This document shows, one piece after another, positions 1-10,000 of a stretch of DNA of 41,001 bases. The notes under the pieces are model-generated. The model was not told the DNA's origin. It searched no databases and was given only the letters and a program-made list of their open reading frames with translations. A program made the position numbers and the translations under genes. Within the stretch, counting starts at the first letter, position 1. The number at the start of each line of letters is the position of its first letter. This stretch comes from Lysobacterales bacterium (lineage in GTDB: Bacteria > Pseudomonadota > Gammaproteobacteria > Xanthomonadales > SZUA-38). The stretch is from positions 1 through 41,001 of the forward strand of contig JAWVZU010000004.1 in the NCBI GenBank assembly GCA_033722075.1, in the 5' to 3' direction.

Positions 1-216
1 GGCGAAGGGAAGTGCGGCGGCGATAAAGGCGAAGAAGGGAAGTGCGGCGAAGGGAAGTGCGGCGGCGATAAAGGCGAAGAAGGGAAGTGCGGCGAAGACA
101 AGGGTGAAGAAGGCAAGTGCGGCGAAGGGAAGTGCGGCGGCGATAAAGGCGAAGAAGGGAAATGCGGCGAAGACAAGGGTGAAGAAGGCAAGTGCGGCGA
201 AGGGAAGTGCGGCGGC
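1..216 (+). repeat. Higher-order coding tandem repeat (45-bp unit A, 30-bp unit B; order A-A-B-A'-B-partial A)
   Basis: 1-45 is identical to 46-90; 121-165 differs by one base (162); 91-120 is identical to 166-195; 196-216 is the start of A. Confidence 0.95.
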
Positions 217-225
217 GCTGTCTGA
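1..225 (+). CDS. hvfA: HvfA-family EGKCG-repeat RiPP precursor (5'-truncated by the window edge)
   Basis: Frame 1 reads GEGKCGGDKGEEGKCGEGKCG...GEGKCGGAV* (TGA 223-225) with 9 EGKCG motifs. It lies directly upstream of a DUF692 gene. It is absent from the ORF track because its start is outside the window. Confidence 0.92.
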   Translation, partial: GEGKCGGDKGEEGKCGEGKCGGDKGEEGKCGEDKGEEGKCGEGKCGGDKGEEGKCGEDKGEEGKCGEGKCGGAV

Positions 226-237
226 GCCTGGTAACCC

Positions 238-1101
238 ATGAGTCATAAACAGTTTCCAGTTACTGGAGCTGGACTCGGATTGCGGCGGGCCCTGCTGGGC
301 CCGCTGCAACGCTTTGAAGGCCCGCTCTCGGTCGATTTCTGGGAGGTGGCCCCCGAGAACTGGATCAATGTGGGCGGTTCTCTGGGGCGACAGTTCCGTC
401 GTTACACGGAGCGGTTTCCCTTTGTCTGCCACGGCCTGTCCCTGTCTCTGGGCGGACCGGCACCGCTGGACGAGACCTTCCTGCGCAAGGTGCGCCGGTT
501 TCTCGACGAGCATTCCATTCGCTGCTACTCGGAACACCTGAGCTACTGCAGCGACGACGGCCACCTGTACGATCTGATGCCGATCCCCTTTACGGAAGAA
601 TCGGTGGATCACGTGGTCGACCGCATCCTGAGGACGCAGGACCTCGTCGGTCGGCGGATAGCCATCGAGAATGTGTCCTACTACGCGGCGCCCGGCAAGG
701 AGATGGACGAGCTCGACTTCATCAACGCCGTGCTCGAGCGAGCCGACTGCGACCTGCTGCTGGACGTCAACAACATCTACGTCAACAGCGTCAACCACAG
801 TTACGATCCGGCTACATTTCTCGCCGGGTTGCCGGGCGAGCGGATCGCCTATGTGCACGTCGCCGGGCATTACAACGAGGCCGAAGACCTGATCGTGGAC
901 ACCCATGGATCCGCCGTGATCGACCGGGTGTGGCAGCTTCTCGAGCAAGCTTATCGACTCTTCGGGCCCCTGCCCACGCTGGTCGAGCGGGATTTCAATT
1001 TCCCGCCGGTTGCCACCCTGCTGGAGGAAGTGGACCAGGTCCGCGCGATCCAGGGGCGGCACCTGCCCGATTCCGGCTGGCCCCATGCAGCCACTGCCTG
1101 A
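238..1101 (+). CDS. hvfB: Multinuclear non-heme iron-dependent oxidative enzyme (MNIO, DUF692; HvfB/MbnB-like RiPP maturase)
   Basis: GAGLGLRR N-terminus and motifs [64 protein letters not shown]. Confidence 0.95.
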   Translation: MSHKQFPVTGAGLGLRRALLGPLQRFEGPLSVDFWEVAPENWINVGGSLGRQFRRYTERFPFVCHGLSLSLGGPAPLDETFLRKVRRFLDEHSIRCYSEHLSYCSDDGHLYDLMPIPFTEESVDHVVDRILRTQDLVGRRIAIENVSYYAAPGKEMDELDFINAVLERADCDLLLDVNNIYVNSVNHSYDPATFLAGLPGERIAYVHVAGHYNEAEDLIVDTHGSAVIDRVWQLLEQAYRLFGPLPTLVERDFNFPPVATLLEEVDQVRAIQGRHLPDSGWPHAATA

Positions 1102-1128
1102 CCGGCAGGCTTTGGCGAAACAGCTGCG

Positions 1129-1896
1129 GTGACTGCACAAAAGAACTCCCGAGATCTGCAGTTCGACTTCGCTCGCCATATCCGCGATCCGGAGAACGCG
1201 GCCCCGCCGGAGGACGTCGAGGATCGCCGCATGGCGATCTACCGGGACCTGTTCTACAACAATATCCAGGGCTTTCTGGCCAACAACTTCCCGGTGATCC
1301 GAAAGCTCTATCCGGATGAGCGCTGGCATGCCCTGGTGCGCGATTTCTTTGTGCGCCACCGTGCCCGAACGCCGCTTTTTCCGGAATTGCCGCGCGAGTT
1401 CCTGCAGTTCGTGGAAGAGCAACGCGGAGAAGAACACGGCGACCCGCCTTTCCTGCTTGAGCTGGCCCACTACGAGTGGATCGAGCTTGCCTTGTCACTG
1501 GACGAAGCGGAGATTGATTCGATCGACGTCGATCCGGACGGGGACCTCCTCGAAGGCGTGCCGGTCCGCTCTCCCCTGGCGTGGCTGCTGACCTACCGCT
1601 TCCCGGTCCACCAGATCCGGCCGGATTTCCAGCCGCAGCATGCCCCGGAACAGCCGACCCATCTGGTCGTCTACCGGCGGCGCGACGACAAGGTCCGCTT
1701 CATGTCGGTCAACGCCGTTGCCGCCCGCCTGCTGCAGCTGCTCGATGACCAACCGGAGCGAACGGGGCGAATCCAACTCGAGCAGATCGCCAGCGAGTTG
1801 AACAGCGCCGACCCGGGCAAGGTCGTTGCCGCGGGCCGCCAGGTTCTCGAAGACTTCCGTACCCGGGAGATCGTCCTGGGCACGGCCCTGAACTGA
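1129..1896 (+). CDS. hvfC: DUF2063-family MNIO partner protein (HvfC-like)
   Basis: Motifs Q.DFARHIRDP, RRMAIYRDLFYNN, FPVIR, F..L..EFLQF, PPFLLELAHYEWIELAL, YRFPVHQI. Canonical position after DUF692. GTG start. Confidence 0.92.
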   Translation: MTAQKNSRDLQFDFARHIRDPENAAPPEDVEDRRMAIYRDLFYNNIQGFLANNFPVIRKLYPDERWHALVRDFFVRHRARTPLFPELPREFLQFVEEQRGEEHGDPPFLLELAHYEWIELALSLDEAEIDSIDVDPDGDLLEGVPVRSPLAWLLTYRFPVHQIRPDFQPQHAPEQPTHLVVYRRRDDKVRFMSVNAVAARLLQLLDDQPERTGRIQLEQIASELNSADPGKVVAAGRQVLEDFRTREIVLGTALN

Positions 1897-1918
1897 TCGC
1901 CCGCGGTTCCGACACCTG

Positions 1919-4900
1919 TCAGCGCGGTCGGACCGGCGAATCGGACAGGCGAACGATGGGTACCTCGCTGCGGTCGAACCGGCCATTCACGGGAAACTCG
2001 ATGCGGGTGGTCCACAGCGAATCGACAATGGACATCGTGCCCGCCGCTGCAAACTCGAGCGCGTTGCCGCCACCGCATCCCGGGCACAGCCCCGGATTGT
2101 CCGAATAGAGCATCTCGAACTCGAGCGCGCCATTTGTCGGCTCGGCCGGATTGCTGATCACCCAGCGTGGTTCGCCCGCCTCGTCATAAACGTAGGCCAC
2201 GGCCACGGTCGCTGGCCCCTGGCTGACCAGCGACAGGCCGAAACCCGGACCGTCGGCCCTGGACCACAGTCCGGTCCGATCATCATCCGCGGGGTCGAAG
2301 GCGAATTCGAACCAGACCAGCGGCTCGCTCCCGACTATCCCATCCACCTGGTACTGGAACTCGGCGACGCGGGAGTCGGAAAAATCGAGCTGTATCGAGC
2401 CCACAGACGTGCCGGTGGCGGTTCCGGTCTCATCGAGGTTGAAGCGCAGCAATTCGGCACGGTAGCGATGCCCGTCGAGTTCTCCTGCACTGAAATACCA
2501 GACCGGCTGGCCATCCGGCTCGTAGGTGTACCACAGTGCGCTCAGCTGGTTTCCGAAATTCTGGATGTCGAGACCGGTTCCAGGCCGATCCGGGTTCAGC
2601 CACAGGCCGCCGTTGGGCCGAAGGCTGCGTGCCGGATCATCGGGAAACTGGTCGCCGACCCGGGGCACGGCGACGATGCGCCCGGGTGTAGCGAGCCCGC
2701 CATGGCCTTCAGGTACGCGGACCGACACCTCGCCGCCCTCAGCAGGTGCCGCAAGGATCCGGTTGCGGTCCAGGCTGGCGATGAGGATCTCCCCGTCCGG
2801 AGCAACAGCAAGGGCACCGGGCTGGTCGTCGGCCAGGACGATGCGTTCGCCCAGGAAACGCCCCGTGGCCCGCTCGGCGAAACCGATCCGGTTGCGCGTG
2901 GCATCGGCGAACAGCAACTGCGTCCCGTCGGCCGAGATCGCGAAGTCACGCGGATCACGCATCCAGGGGCCGCGAACAAAGGCGCTGGCTTCCGTATCCC
3001 CGGTCGGAACAGACCGGAAAAGGATGTTGGTCGTCGTATCCAGGACGTATTCAAAGCCGCCGAAGGCCGCGAGCCCGATGGGGCTGCTGACGTCGTTCAG
3101 GACGATGGTGTTCGGTGACGCCGCACGAGGATTACGGCCCGTGAAGCGCAGAACCTCCGGATTCCCGTTACGGGCCACGTTCAGTTCGAAGGGATCGACC
3201 ACTTCCAGGGCGACCGGGAAGCCGGAGAATAGTGCAACGCCCTCGCCCTCGCCACGCGGATATGCCGGAATAAAGGTCGTTTCCACGTTGCGGCTGAAAG
3301 GATCGAAGCGCACGACATCGCTGGATAACCCGAGATAAAGGCGCTTTTCGAACGGTGCCCAGGCGAGATCAGTCTGGAAGGTCACCTGCCCCTGGGTCGG
3401 ATCGATCTCTACGCCACGGAAAGCGCCGCTGGGCCCGTCGAAGCGCAGAACCCGGCCGGTACCGGTGCTGACGACCAGGAGATCCCAGCCGTCGGCATGG
3501 TCCGGGAAGCCATCGTCGTCTGCATCCTGCTCGGCATTGTCGCCGAGCCCGTCTCCGTCGCTGTCGAACTGCTCCAGTGGATCATCCGGAAATCGGTCGA
3601 TGCGGTCGGCCACTGCATCCAAGTCGCGGTCGCCCTGGAAATCCGGGTCGAGTGGAAACGCATCCTGTTCGTCCACGACGCCGTCATCGTCGTCGTCCGG
3701 GTCGAATTCATTGGCGATTCCGTCAGCGTCCGTATCAAGCGTTCGCTCCGGGTCATCAGGAAACACGTCTCGCGCGTCCTCGACCCCGTCCCCGTCAGCG
3801 TCCCGGGAGCGGGTCGCATCAAAGGGAAAGGCATCCGACCAGTCCCCGACGCCATCGCCGTCAGCATCCCGCTCCAGCCTTTCGGGCACCACGACTTCGG
3901 CATTGCTCACGGAAGGCAGGCGACCGGCGACCATCGTGCTGACCTCTGCGATCAGGCCCGCATTGTCGTCAGATCCGTCTTCCTCGATCCGGCCACAAGC
4001 CTTGCCGCCGCAGAGCAGGTTCGGATTGGAGAAGATCGGAAGGGTCCGGTTGCGAGCGGTCTGCCCGGTGCCGAACGACCCCATGACGGTGTGAAAATCG
4101 TCGCCGCTGACAAACGCTGCGCTGCGCGGGTCGAAGATCCGGCCACCGGAGCCAACCTGGTGCCCGGCACCGAGGTTGTGCCCCCATTCATGTACCAGGG
4201 TCAGGTCGTCGCAGACCGACCAGCTGCTGACGCCGTCGTTGACGACGCTGGTGGAAAATTGAGGCGCTTCCGGGTCCGGGAAATAGGCGATTCCGCAGGC
4301 CCCGCGAGTCTCGATGTCGTGCGGCCAAAGCAGGGTCACCAGGTCGGCGCCTGCGGCATCGCGCTGCGCGCGCAGCTGCTCCAGTCCGGGCGCGACGGTT
4401 CCGTTCAGGGCCTCGGCAAGATCCTCCAGAGCCGCAGCGGCCGCTGCGGTGCCGGTGTAATTCACCTCGTGGGTGGCCGCCAGGCGCGCGACGATGCCCG
4501 CTTCGCTGTTGGCGAAAACCTGGTTGGACAAGGCGAAAAGGTGCTGGATGCGGGTCTGCAGGAGGTTGCCCGGGTAGCGCTCGACCATGTCGGGCGTGTA
4601 AACCACCATCACGTCGATGACATTCACCGCACCCTTCCCGACGACCCGAGTGGTCGAACGGTGCAGTTCATGCGCCGGTGTTTCCGTCGCACAGCCGCCT
4701 CGCACGAGATCCCCATGTCCGATCTCGATCAGGTGGGCGCCCGAGGCGTCGGTTCGCAGGTCGTAGGCGCCGTCCGGCGTGGAAAAGCGGGCGAAAGCAC
4801 CGCTTTCGCCGAGGGTCAAAACCATATCGTACCAGACGGCACCACCCGTCATGGCGCCGACCAGGATTTCACTGCCGTCCGACTGGCGATAGCGCCTGGA

Positions 4901-5101
4901 GACTTCGAACTGGACCGCCGGGCGGTCCGAAAACTCGAGAAGAACCTGCTCCGGCTGTCCCGTTTTCGGGACCAGCAGCCGAATGGGAGTCTGCCACGGT
5001 ACGGACGACGAGCCATCCGGAACAATTCGCAGTTCCGAGGCAGCAACCGTCGCGTGACTCAAAGCCAGCGACAACAGCATCATTGCGGTGAGACGGCGCA
5101 T
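1919..5101 (-). CDS. Secreted reprolysin-like (M12B/M84) zinc metalloprotease with TSP3 Ca-binding repeats, beta-propeller and C-terminal repeat domains
   Basis: Signal peptide; IDVMVVYT; GADLVTLL; CGIAY; zinc motif HEWGHNLGAGH; Met-turn HTVMG; DxDGDG..D.FP.DP repeats. Start is ATG 5101 (alternative 5116). Confidence 0.85.
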   Translation of the reverse strand: MRRLTAMMLLSLALSHATVAASELRIVPDGSSSVPWQTPIRLLVPKTGQPEQVLLEFSDRPAVQFEVSRRYRQSDGSEILVGAMTGGAVWYDMVLTLGESGAFARFSTPDGAYDLRTDASGAHLIEIGHGDLVRGGCATETPAHELHRSTTRVVGKGAVNVIDVMVVYTPDMVERYPGNLLQTRIQHLFALSNQVFANSEAGIVARLAATHEVNYTGTAAAAAALEDLAEALNGTVAPGLEQLRAQRDAAGADLVTLLWPHDIETRGACGIAYFPDPEAPQFSTSVVNDGVSSWSVCDDLTLVHEWGHNLGAGHQVGSGGRIFDPRSAAFVSGDDFHTVMGSFGTGQTARNRTLPIFSNPNLLCGGKACGRIEEDGSDDNAGLIAEVSTMVAGRLPSVSNAEVVVPERLERDADGDGVGDWSDAFPFDATRSRDADGDGVEDARDVFPDDPERTLDTDADGIANEFDPDDDDDGVVDEQDAFPLDPDFQGDRDLDAVADRIDRFPDDPLEQFDSDGDGLGDNAEQDADDDGFPDHADGWDLLVVSTGTGRVLRFDGPSGAFRGVEIDPTQGQVTFQTDLAWAPFEKRLYLGLSSDVVRFDPFSRNVETTFIPAYPRGEGEGVALFSGFPVALEVVDPFELNVARNGNPEVLRFTGRNPRAASPNTIVLNDVSSPIGLAAFGGFEYVLDTTTNILFRSVPTGDTEASAFVRGPWMRDPRDFAISADGTQLLFADATRNRIGFAERATGRFLGERIVLADDQPGALAVAPDGEILIASLDRNRILAAPAEGGEVSVRVPEGHGGLATPGRIVAVPRVGDQFPDDPARSLRPNGGLWLNPDRPGTGLDIQNFGNQLSALWYTYEPDGQPVWYFSAGELDGHRYRAELLRFNLDETGTATGTSVGSIQLDFSDSRVAEFQYQVDGIVGSEPLVWFEFAFDPADDDRTGLWSRADGPGFGLSLVSQGPATVAVAYVYDEAGEPRWVISNPAEPTNGALEFEMLYSDNPGLCPGCGGGNALEFAAAGTMSIVDSLWTTRIEFPVNGRFDRSEVPIVRLSDSPVRPR
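3500..3875 (-). repeat. Thrombospondin type-3-like DxDxDG..DAFPxDP repeats within the metalloprotease
   Basis: DADGDGVGDWSDAFPFD, DADGDGVEDARDVFPDDP, DDDDDGVVDEQDAFPLDP, DRDLDAVADRIDRFPDDP, DSDGDGLGDN. Confidence 0.85.
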
Positions 5102-5196
5102 GATTTCTAGGACCATTGATCCGGCCGATCAGTTGCATCGGTTTGGGTGTACCATGAGGCTGGCATGGAACCGAAGACCACTCAATCGAGGCGGTA

Positions 5197-5679
5197 ATGG
5201 TCAAGCCGTATATGCTCCGGCTGGCCACGATGCGGGATGCGGGCGCCATTGCCCGCGTGTCCCGGGACCTGATCGAGACGGGCCTCGGCTGGTCCTGGAC
5301 GCCGGCTCGGGTCCAGCGCGCCATCGAGCGGCGTGAAACGGCAGTGCTGGTGGCGGACCACGCGGCCTCGGTGGTCGGCTTCGCAGTCATGGAGTTCGGC
5401 GACGAAGATGCGCACCTGAGCCTGCTCGGGGTCCGTCCAGACTGGCAACGAGCCGGCCTGGGTCGATCCATGGTCACCTGGCTGGAGGACTCGGCGCGCA
5501 TTGCCGGGACACTGGTGATTCGGCTCGAGGTTCGCGAGACCAACCGTGCGGCACAACGGTTCTATGGCCGGCTGGGCTACCGGCGACTGGCGCGTCTTGC
5601 CGGGTACTACCGCGGGCGCGAGAATGCGATCCGGATGGGCCGCAACCTGGCGATCACCGAGCGGCGGTCCCGGGGCTGA
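5197..5679 (+). CDS. GNAT N-acetyltransferase (RimI-like)
   Basis: Acetyl-CoA motif A (V.PDWQRAGLGR) and LEVRETN.AAQRFY.RLGY, YY.GRENAIRM. RBS GAGG upstream. Confidence 0.88.
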   Translation: MVKPYMLRLATMRDAGAIARVSRDLIETGLGWSWTPARVQRAIERRETAVLVADHAASVVGFAVMEFGDEDAHLSLLGVRPDWQRAGLGRSMVTWLEDSARIAGTLVIRLEVRETNRAAQRFYGRLGYRRLARLAGYYRGRENAIRMGRNLAITERRSRG

Positions 5680-5754
5680 ACATCAAGTCCGGCAACACCT
5701 GCCCTGCGCGACCGCGGCACGATGCCTGCTTTGCCAAACCCGACGGAACCGAAC

Positions 5755-7008
5755 ATGCTCACGATCTTGCTGACCCTGACGCTCGCCGCAAGCCCTGTGG
5801 AACAGGTGCGAACCACCTATGCGGAAGCGGTCGCCGCCTACCGCGCAGGAGATGGCGAGGCGCTCAGATCGGCTGCGGAACAGCTGACTGAACTCCGCCC
5901 CGGGTCACCCCAGTTCATCTACCTGACGGCGGCCGGTGCCGCCCTCGCCGGGGACCACGCGATCGCGGTCAGCCACCTCAACCGGCTGGCGGCGATGGGC
6001 CTGGCACTCAGTCCCGATCGCGAGCCGGCCTTCGAGAGCCTGCAGGAATCCGAGGCATTCCGGACGCTGGTGACGCGATTTGAAGCCAATGCCGCACCCC
6101 GGGGCCACGCAGAAGTCCTGTTTTCCCTCGATGACGGCCAGTTCATCCCCGAGTCGGTGGTCCACGATCCCGCCACCGGTCGTTTTTTCGTCAGCAGCGT
6201 GCGTCAGCGACGCATTGTGGTGTTCCATCCGGACCACGGGGCGAAGAACTTCGTCGAACCGGGGGCGCACGGGCTGATGAGCGTGATGGGCATGCGAGTC
6301 GATGGCGAGGATCGTCGTCTCCTCGTGGCGACCGTCGGCGCCGAGGAAGCGCCCGGAACACCCGAGACCCAGCTGGGCCGGAGCGGCATCATGGTCTTCG
6401 ACCTCGACTCCGGCGAGCCCCTTGCCACCCACCTCCTTCCGGAGGGACCGGACGTCCAGTGGCTGGGTGACCTCCTCCTGGTTGAGGACGATCAGGTGTT
6501 GGCCACCGACAGCCGGACCGGTTCCGTCTGGCAGCTGGATCTCGGCAGCGGCGCCTGGTCCCCGCTGGTCGAGCCCGGAATGCTCAGCTCTCCGCAGGGG
6601 CTTGTCGCGGATGGCTCAGGCGACGGGTATTACATTGCCGACTACACCGGCGGCCTGTGGCACCTGGATCGCAACACTGGGACCCTGGAACGCCTCGCGC
6701 TGGCGCCCGCGGTGAATGCCTACGGTATCGATGGACTCTACCGTCACGGCGAGAGCCTCATCGCCATTCAGAACGGCCACCGTCCCCATCGGATCACCCG
6801 ACTCACGCTCGACGACGACGGCAAGCGTGTCCACACCCAGACTGACCTCGCGGCCGGGTTGCCCGAGTTCGACGATCCCACCCTGGGAACCATCGTGGGG
6901 GACACGTTATATTTCGTTGCGAACAGCCACTGGCCGTCCTTCGACGCCGACAAGAACCTGCCGGAGGATCTCGTCCCCCCGCTCATCATGCGCCTCGAGC
7001 TGGACTGA
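5755..7008 (+). CDS. Secreted SMP-30/gluconolactonase-like beta-propeller protein with helical (TPR-like) N-terminus
   Basis: Signal-like MLTILLTLTLAA; motifs FIPESVVHDP..GRFFVSSV, SPQGL, YIADY, GIDGL, IAIQNG, DDPTLG. Start uncertain (5722 or 5755). Confidence 0.72.
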   Translation: MLTILLTLTLAASPVEQVRTTYAEAVAAYRAGDGEALRSAAEQLTELRPGSPQFIYLTAAGAALAGDHAIAVSHLNRLAAMGLALSPDREPAFESLQESEAFRTLVTRFEANAAPRGHAEVLFSLDDGQFIPESVVHDPATGRFFVSSVRQRRIVVFHPDHGAKNFVEPGAHGLMSVMGMRVDGEDRRLLVATVGAEEAPGTPETQLGRSGIMVFDLDSGEPLATHLLPEGPDVQWLGDLLLVEDDQVLATDSRTGSVWQLDLGSGAWSPLVEPGMLSSPQGLVADGSGDGYYIADYTGGLWHLDRNTGTLERLALAPAVNAYGIDGLYRHGESLIAIQNGHRPHRITRLTLDDDGKRVHTQTDLAAGLPEFDDPTLGTIVGDTLYFVANSHWPSFDADKNLPEDLVPPLIMRLELD

Positions 7009-7076
7009 TCTGACGGTTTGCGACCTGCCTGCTATGATGAAGGAACTTCACTCCTGCGCGATCTTGCGGGTCTTCG

Positions 7077-10000
7077 ATGTGGTTCAGCTTGTCACTTGCG
7101 GCGCTCCTCACCGCCGCACCGGGTCCGGAGGCGCTTCTCAAGGGCGGCATCTTCGGCGAATCCGGCGAACGCCAGTTCGGGCTCTGGCGCCCCATCAACG
7201 AGGGACTTGAAGGCGGCCTCGTAGCGGCGCTAGCCTTCGACCCGGGCGACAACAGCATCGCCCTGGCCGGAACCCCGCTGGGCACGTTTCGCTCGACCGA
7301 CGGCGGTCTGACCTGGTCCGCTTCCCGGGCCGGGTTGCCGCGCCAGAGCACCGTCGTCGAGCTCATTCACCATCCGACGATGCCCGATCGCGTTTTTGCC
7401 GCCACGGCCAGCAACGGCGTGTTCCGCAGTGATGACGGCGGCATCACCTGGGTTCCGCGCAACACCGGAATGGAGTTCATCGGCCTCCGCTCCCTGGCGG
7501 TCGATCCGAATGACGGCGATCGGCTGATTGCGGGAACCACCTTTGCCTTTGTCTACGTCTCCGAGGACGGTGGGGCGAACTGGCAAAGCTTCGAAATCAC
7601 GTCCGTCGGCGGCGGTTCGGTCACGGCGCTGGCCATCGATCCCGTCACGCCGGCCACGCTCTACGCCGGGCTGATCACCTTCGGCGGCGGTGGTGAAGGC
7701 GTATTCAAGTCAACCGACGGCGGCGCGACTTGGAGCCTCTCCAGCAACGGCCTCGACGTCGGCGGGCCGATCCTGGGCGTTGCGGACCTGGCCCTCGATC
7801 CCAACAGCCCGAACGTGCTTTACGCCGGCGCGGGAGAATGCCAGGGCATTTTCAGGACGACCGACGGGGCCCAGAACTGGACCCAGGTAAACAACACCAG
7901 CTGCGGCGACGCGGTGGTCATCGATCCCGCCGACTCGAACCGGGTCATTGCCACCGATGCAATTTCCCTGGACGGCGGCGCGAACTGGACCGCGAGCCAG
8001 CCAAATTTCCGGCCTGGCGAGGCCAGTCCCGAGTTCGACGACGGCGGTCAGGCCTATGCATTTCAGCCGGGAACCAACCGCATTCTCGCCGGAGGCAACA
8101 AGTGGGGCATCTACCGCAGCGACGACAACGGCACGACCTGGTCACCGGCCCGCACCGGTCTCCATGCCGGGGTCGCCAGCGACATCGCCCCGCTGGACCG
8201 TAATCTGCTCATCGCCCCGATCGACGAGATCGGCATTTTCCGATCAACCGACGGCGGGCAAAGCTGGACTTCCACCGACTCGCCCGGGGACCTCGACTTC
8301 AATCGCCTTGAGTTCTCCCCCTCGGATCGACAGGTGGGCTACGTCGGCACCGAGAACGACGGCGTCTTTCGCACCGGCGACGGCGGGCTGACCTGGCAGG
8401 CCGCCAATACCGGCATCGAGGATGCATCCGTGGAGGACATCGCGATCGATCCAGCGGATCCGGATCATCTCTATGTTGCGACCGACACTTTCTCTGCCGG
8501 CGGTGTATTCCTTTCGACGGACGGCGGGCAAAGCTGGATGTCCAGCGGTCTCTCGCTGGCGACCGACGGCGAGGTCTACGCCCTGTCCATCCACCCGACC
8601 GACGGCAACACCGTTTACGCCGGCGTCTTCGATCCTAACGGAACCCATGCTCAGGCGGTCTACCGGACCGACGACGGCGGACTGAACTGGCAACCGACGG
8701 ACACGTCCCTGAACGCCGGCGGAAACGGTGTCGCCGCGCTGGAGATCAACTTCGCCGATCCGGACACGCTCTACGCCGGCACCCTGGGCAATGGGGTATA
8801 CAAGACCTCCGATGGCGGGCTCAGCTGGGCCCAGCTCACCGCCACCGATACCAGTGCGACCATTTTCGACATCGCCATCGACCCCGGCAATCCGGAACGA
8901 ATCTTCACCAGCGACGGCGACTTTTCGTCAACCGCGGGGGCCGCTTTTCGAACCGTCGGCCCCAACTTCCCGTTCGGTTTCAACGTCAGGTTCAATGGCG
9001 AAGACGGCCTGACCGTCTACAACAACGGTGATTTCGGCCTCTTCGAGCGGCGCCTGGACGAATCGCAGATCGACGTGGAGTCCGACCAGGTCGGCAGCGG
9101 CGACCGCTTCGGACGGCAGGTCCTGATCGAACGGAACCGGACCTTCGTGGGGGCGCCGGGAGAAGGCGATGGGGCCGTTTTCGTTTTCCGGCGGGAAGGC
9201 GAACTCGCGGTGCAGGTACAGCGGATCGACGTACCTGCCGGCTTCGCTGCGAGCGAATTCGGGCGCGCAATCGCGGTGGACGGAGACACCCTGGTCATCG
9301 GTGCGCCGGGCGTCGCCAATCCGGTCAAGGGCACGCCGCTGAAAGCCGCCATCTTCAGGCGCGCGCAGCAGGGCTGGACCTTCCAGAAAGCCGTCACGCC
9401 CAGTGTAAGCCAGGCGGATGACGCCTTCGGCGCCGCAGTCGCAATCGAGGGTCGCACGATCGTGGTCGGCGCTCCCTTGGACAACGAGATCGCACCGGCC
9501 GCGGGAGCCGGCTACGTGTTCGATTTCGACGGGGACAATGTGATGGAAATCGGGCGCATGACCGGCAATGACAGCGGCGCGTCCTATGGCACCGCTGTGG
9601 CGACGCGAAACGGCAAGATTGCCTTCGGAGCGCCCGGCAGCCCGATCGATCAGGCAGCGACAGGCGCGGTCAGCATCTTCGACCGGGTCGCCGACAACCT
9701 CGTCGGCTTCGATGAGCTCATTGGAAGTGCCGACGATGACCAATTCGGGACCGCCCTCGCGCTGGACGGCAAGACCCTGGCCGTTGGTGCGCCGGGGATG
9801 GACATGACTGGGCCCGACGAAGGGGCCGTACTCCTTTATGGCCTGGACGCCCAGAATGCCACCCAGACGGCAGCTGTCACTGCCGCGCTGAGCGATCCGG
9901 GCGCCGGCTTTGGCGATGCGGTCGCCCTGCAGCAAGGTGTACTGGCGGTGGGCGCGCCCCAGGCGCAGAACACCACCGGCGCGACCGGCGCGGCCTATGT

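Noticed and set aside
1-216. Possible CRISPR array or non-coding satellite
   Set aside because: No unique spacers; unit lengths are multiples of 3 and encode EGKCG repeats ending in a stop just before a DUF692 gene.
3497-5110. Long antisense ORFs (3497..5110, also 11608..12894, 17526..18854, 18653..19969, 21007..22209, 23558..25243, 28192..29640, 39207..40301)
   Set aside because: They are shadows of well-supported genes on the opposite strand, expected with high GC3 codon bias, and show no recognisable motifs.
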